Assembly (NCBI GenBank): GCA_010405405.1
Contig: MU004231.1
Span: 856,153-920,152 of the forward strand
Reading direction: 5' to 3'
Length of the DNA stretch: 64,000 nucleotides
DNA from: Microthyrium microscopicum
Taxonomy: Eukaryota
Numbering within the stretch: position 1 is the first letter of the stretch; each line of letters starts with the position of its first letter. The position numbers were made by a program, and so were the translations under genes. This document shows, in pieces, positions 60,338 to 64,000 of this stretch. The notes under the pieces were generated by a model. That model ran no database searches and was not told where the DNA came from. It saw nothing but the letters and a program-made list of their open reading frames with translations.

Positions 60338-63165
60338 CTACTTCAATGTCTCTGGCCATTTCTTTTCATATTCCGCCAATACTTTTCCATACTCAACTCG
60401 CTCTTTGTCAGAGAGGATTCGAGCAAATTCCATGGTCTTTTCTACTAGCTTCTTTTGGTCTTGGCTAGCTTGGGTTTCATTCTTGCGAATTTGCCCACCG
60501 AAAGACACGATATTGAGAACGCAAGCACTAAGGAGTTCCGTCCATTCAATAGTTTCACGCTTTTCGTGACTTTTCAAAATTGATGAAATCGTCTTCACGC
60601 TATCCGTATTATCGGATACGCGCGGTTTCTCAAATCGAAAATGCCTCGGTATCAGCATATTCACAAAGTCATTATTGTGCACACCTGAGAACAAGCCTTG
60701 CACTGTTTCCTCTAGTAGGCTGTCCAATGAGAAACTTTCTGGGTGCTTAAGACCAGTGGTTGGATCTCTTTTGTCTACTCTGTGTTAGAAACTGCTTTTT
60801 AGATAGAGAAAGGTGTACTTGCAGTCAATCTTCATGCAAATCATTGCAATATCTTGATATTGTTCTAGGACTTGTTGATCGTCGACAATACCAGGCAAGC
60901 GCCGAAGTCCTGCACACACCCCATACCAGCGCAACTCGTAAACCCCAGGTACTCCCGGGATGGGAGAGTCTGGTTTGAAAGCACACCGTATAGGAGCCTT
61001 AAGCTTATCAACAGGATCAGGATCGTTTGGCTGATGACTCTTATCGAGATAGTTCTTAGGAGGACCTTTGGGTTTCTTTTCGGCTAGCGTCAATGCATCA
61101 ACTGATGGCGCTTCATCTAAAGTCTTATTAGTATTGTGGTCATTTACTAGCAGGTTTGATTACTCGAGTCATAGAGCTAATAGAGAATAGACGAGCGGTT
61201 ACTATACCTTTTGATATGCGAGTTGGGCTCGCATCATTGTCGCTTGAACCTATAGGTACGAGAGGTGGACTTGAATGTTGAACGCCTTTATCCACCTTTG
61301 TATCTTCCTTATCCTGTGCTGGTTCAGCCTCCGTGGAGATTTCAATGTGGTCTTTCAGCGACTTTTGGAATAACGTATTAAAGTCTTGGTCATATTCCTC
61401 GTCGAGTTGGATCAATTGTTGGGAACGTTCAAGGAGATATGTCCCATTGGCACAGGCGCGAAACAAGTTCTTCCAGATCGACTCCAGTGGATGGTGCCAT
61501 TGCGTTTTCAGTGTAGTGCGGACTTGAGTAGGCACTAAGGTTTCCAGTGAGAGCGTTCTCGGCCGATTCTTGTTTCGTGTGCCTGCGTGGATTCCGAGGT
61601 GTGAATATGAGTAAGACCGAGTCCCCCATGGCTTTGCTGTACCATTGAACGGCTCAACAAGCTCTGAAGGAAGACAGCAGTTGTCTTTGACATTGAAGGC
61701 TTCTGGCGAGGTGTACTTGTTGGCGGGAAATGAGAGGATGAAGAATCTATTATTCTCAAGTCTATATTTCCAAGACGTGAACTCGTTCGTATCTCGGCCG
61801 TTGTAGTACTCCACAAGCCAGAGGGCAAGATGTTTGTCTTCCGCAGCATCCCAGGGGTCGTAGGGGCTTGTCTGGCGAATAAGGTAGTCTTGCCGTTGTG
61901 GCAAAGTCCATTCCTTGAATGTAATGGAGTAGTTGCCATCGGGGTTTTCGGCAGGAAGATCTTGCACAAATCCCGTTGCATAATCGCAGCAAATGTTGTT
62001 CAGCGCTTTGACGTGTTGCCTCTTCATCAAGTCCACAGAGTCTGGCGCTGATGATTCCTCCACGAATAACTCGGGCTCTTGGGCCTCCACGTCATCATCA
62101 ACTGGATCGATGTGTTTGATTTTTGGTGGTGCCTTCTTGAAAACATTCGCATAAAGCCATTTGAAAAGCCTGTGGTAGTTGGGTTCTTGGTTGGGGCCAT
62201 CGAAGTCTTTCTTGAACGTGAAATATTGAGGTATGTTGTCCGGATCACGAAAGCTCGCAGCGATGTTCTTGTCGTCATGCTCCCAAATGAGCACAGTATG
62301 CATTGCAGAGGGTCGAGACTGCCATTCACGTAGCCACTGGTTCAAGGTCTTGTGTTCAATTGTTATGCCCCCAATGGTGAAATCGTAGGGGCGTGGAGAG
62401 TAACTAGAAAAGCGAGCTTCAATGCCGGCCCTTTTAGCCGCAGAAAAGATTTTCTGAATGTACTTGTAGGATTGCTCATGGTTACCTTGCGGCATCAAAG
62501 CTTGCTTGGTTGTCTCATAATCCCAGTTGGGCTGTACGATTCTGCGCTTGATTGTAAAGCCGCTTGGGTAGACTATGTCGGTTTCTGCAGGTCTCGTAAG
62601 CTCTAGAAAGAATTCTACGCCTTTGTCAAGGCTAGGTATGAAAAAAGGCCAGAATTCCGGCAAGATGCTATATGATGGAGATTTGCGACTGCGAAAATGC
62701 CTGTAGACCTGCGCTGGTATTATTCCAAAGCATCCTGGGTGGGTAATGCTTTGAAACAATACGAATAAAGGATTTTGGTGAGGAAGCAGAGTAGGGCCGC
62801 TGTGGGCAGGACTTATGCAGTAGGTCTTGCAATCAATTCCCAGAGCTCTGAATTGGTGACTGTCCTGATTATTGATCAAATTGTGTCCTGCTTGAAATGC
62901 TTCATGGACATCTATGTGCTTCTTTCCCCCAAAGTGCGGCGATAGCTCTATGGTCGAGAAGACTAGGTCAATCTTGCTTCCTTCATACCCTAAATAGTAG
63001 TTAGACTAGTATTCTTCATAATCAAGATATAGTCTGCATACCGTGAATTATGAATCCTTTTTCAGGGCAAAAGATGGACTGGAATAATCCTTCAAAAAGG
63101 TACCCAATATTTGTTGCATGGGGGCCTCCTATCTTGAGCTCTTTGTTGGGACCTTTGGGAGGCAT
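60338..63165 (-). CDS. Orphan protein (about 878 aa) with tandem PD-(D/E)XK nuclease-like motifs, paralogue B, 4 exons
   Basis: Exons 63165-63042, 62989-61208, 61116-60823 and 60774-60338 total 2637 nt in frame. Motifs IGYLFEG..KIDLVF..GIDCKT and SPRPYDF..IEHK. Confidence 0.7.
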
Positions 63166-63451
63166 GACTGACTCTTGATGGACGTGAATGTCGGCAACAA
63201 TAGTTGGTATGATGAAATGAAACCTCTATCTGAGAAGCTAGGAGGATAGGCGCTTATACGCTACATAAAGTTGCCTCAACGACTTAATGCGGTGTCTCGT
63301 TGCACATGAACAATTATGGATATTATAAAGTTTGCCCCAACATTCTAGATTGATATCACATAGTATAATCTAGGTATACGAAAAGAATTGACACTAATGT
63401 TCAAGGTTCATCTGGATTGATTAGCTAGGCAAATAGCAAACTTGTGGTGTA

Positions 63452-63949
63452 CTACCCATCACGACGGTCAGCCTCGGAATCAGTTGGACCGTGTCGTAAC
63501 CAGTCCAAGACCTGGGTCTGATTGCTAATGTTGCCACGACGGTTGAGTAATAGACTAGCCCGGTAAAGATCTACATCATGTAGTATATCCTTTTCTTGCT
63601 TGTATTGAGCAGTGTCAAACTCAGCCTGAGTCTTGTGCGTCGTACCGATACAGCGATTGCGAGTGTCCCGAGTCATATCCAGGACCTGTTGTCGGAAAGA
63701 ATTCTCCACCTTTTCGTTGAATCGTAGCTCGGGAATGACAAGCATTGCGACTGAGTAGGCGTCGTCCCCTAGCAAGAGATTGATCAGACGAGAATTGAAT
63801 TCCTTGGCGACTTGTGGATCCGTCTCAAACAACGCCCAAACGTTTTCAGCCAAGAACTGAACTTTGGCCGCCCAGTCTTGACAATCGGGTGTTTGGTCAA
63901 GGTCATTGACAATGATTCGTAATTTGGAAAGCAGGGTTGAAGCGCTCAT
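63452..63949 (-). CDS. Orphan alpha-helical hypothetical protein
   Basis: 165-aa ATG-initiated ORF with protein-like composition. No family recognised. Confidence 0.5.
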   Translation of the reverse strand: MSASTLLSKLRIIVNDLDQTPDCQDWAAKVQFLAENVWALFETDPQVAKEFNSRLINLLLGDDAYSVAMLVIPELRFNEKVENSFRQQVLDMTRDTRNRCIGTTHKTQAEFDTAQYKQEKDILHDVDLYRASLLLNRRGNISNQTQVLDWLRHGPTDSEADRRDG

Positions 63950-64000
63950 GATGCAAATGGGGAGCTAAACTATGAGGGTGGAGCCAAAGACTTTGGCTGT

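Noticed and set aside
1..64000. tRNA, rRNA, transposase or reverse transcriptase genes
   Set aside because: None recognised by eye; a covariance-model or HMM scan would be needed to exclude them formally.

Overview
This is a gene-dense, intron-containing window from a filamentous ascomycete (Pezizomycotina-type GT..CTAAC..YAG introns). Bases 1 to about 52,900 are ordinary core genome: a pseudokinase, TOM70, an ABZ2-like lyase, OPY2, NMNAT, LMW-PTP, HSP90, a GH47 mannosidase, a MerA/RclA-like disulfide reductase, BUD6, a mitochondrial carrier, NDUFB4, GH51, a DUF2235 lipase, a ferric/cupric reductase, an SDR, a Sac2-like phosphatase and a LaeA-like methyltransferase. From about 52,960 to the window end the content switches to an island of genes I could not match to any core gene. 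Splicing it by hand gives four models. (i) Two convergent, divergent paralogues (58192-60210 + and 60338-63165 -), each with tandem PD-(D/E)XK restriction-endonuclease-like motifs. (ii) A four-exon protein with a putative NLS, Cys clusters and a GIY-YIG-like motif (52964-54523 -). (iii) An FHA-pseudokinase (55054-56093 -). This nuclease-rich island is the best candidate for an undescribed selfish or defence system. All domain calls come from reading motifs by eye, not from database searches.
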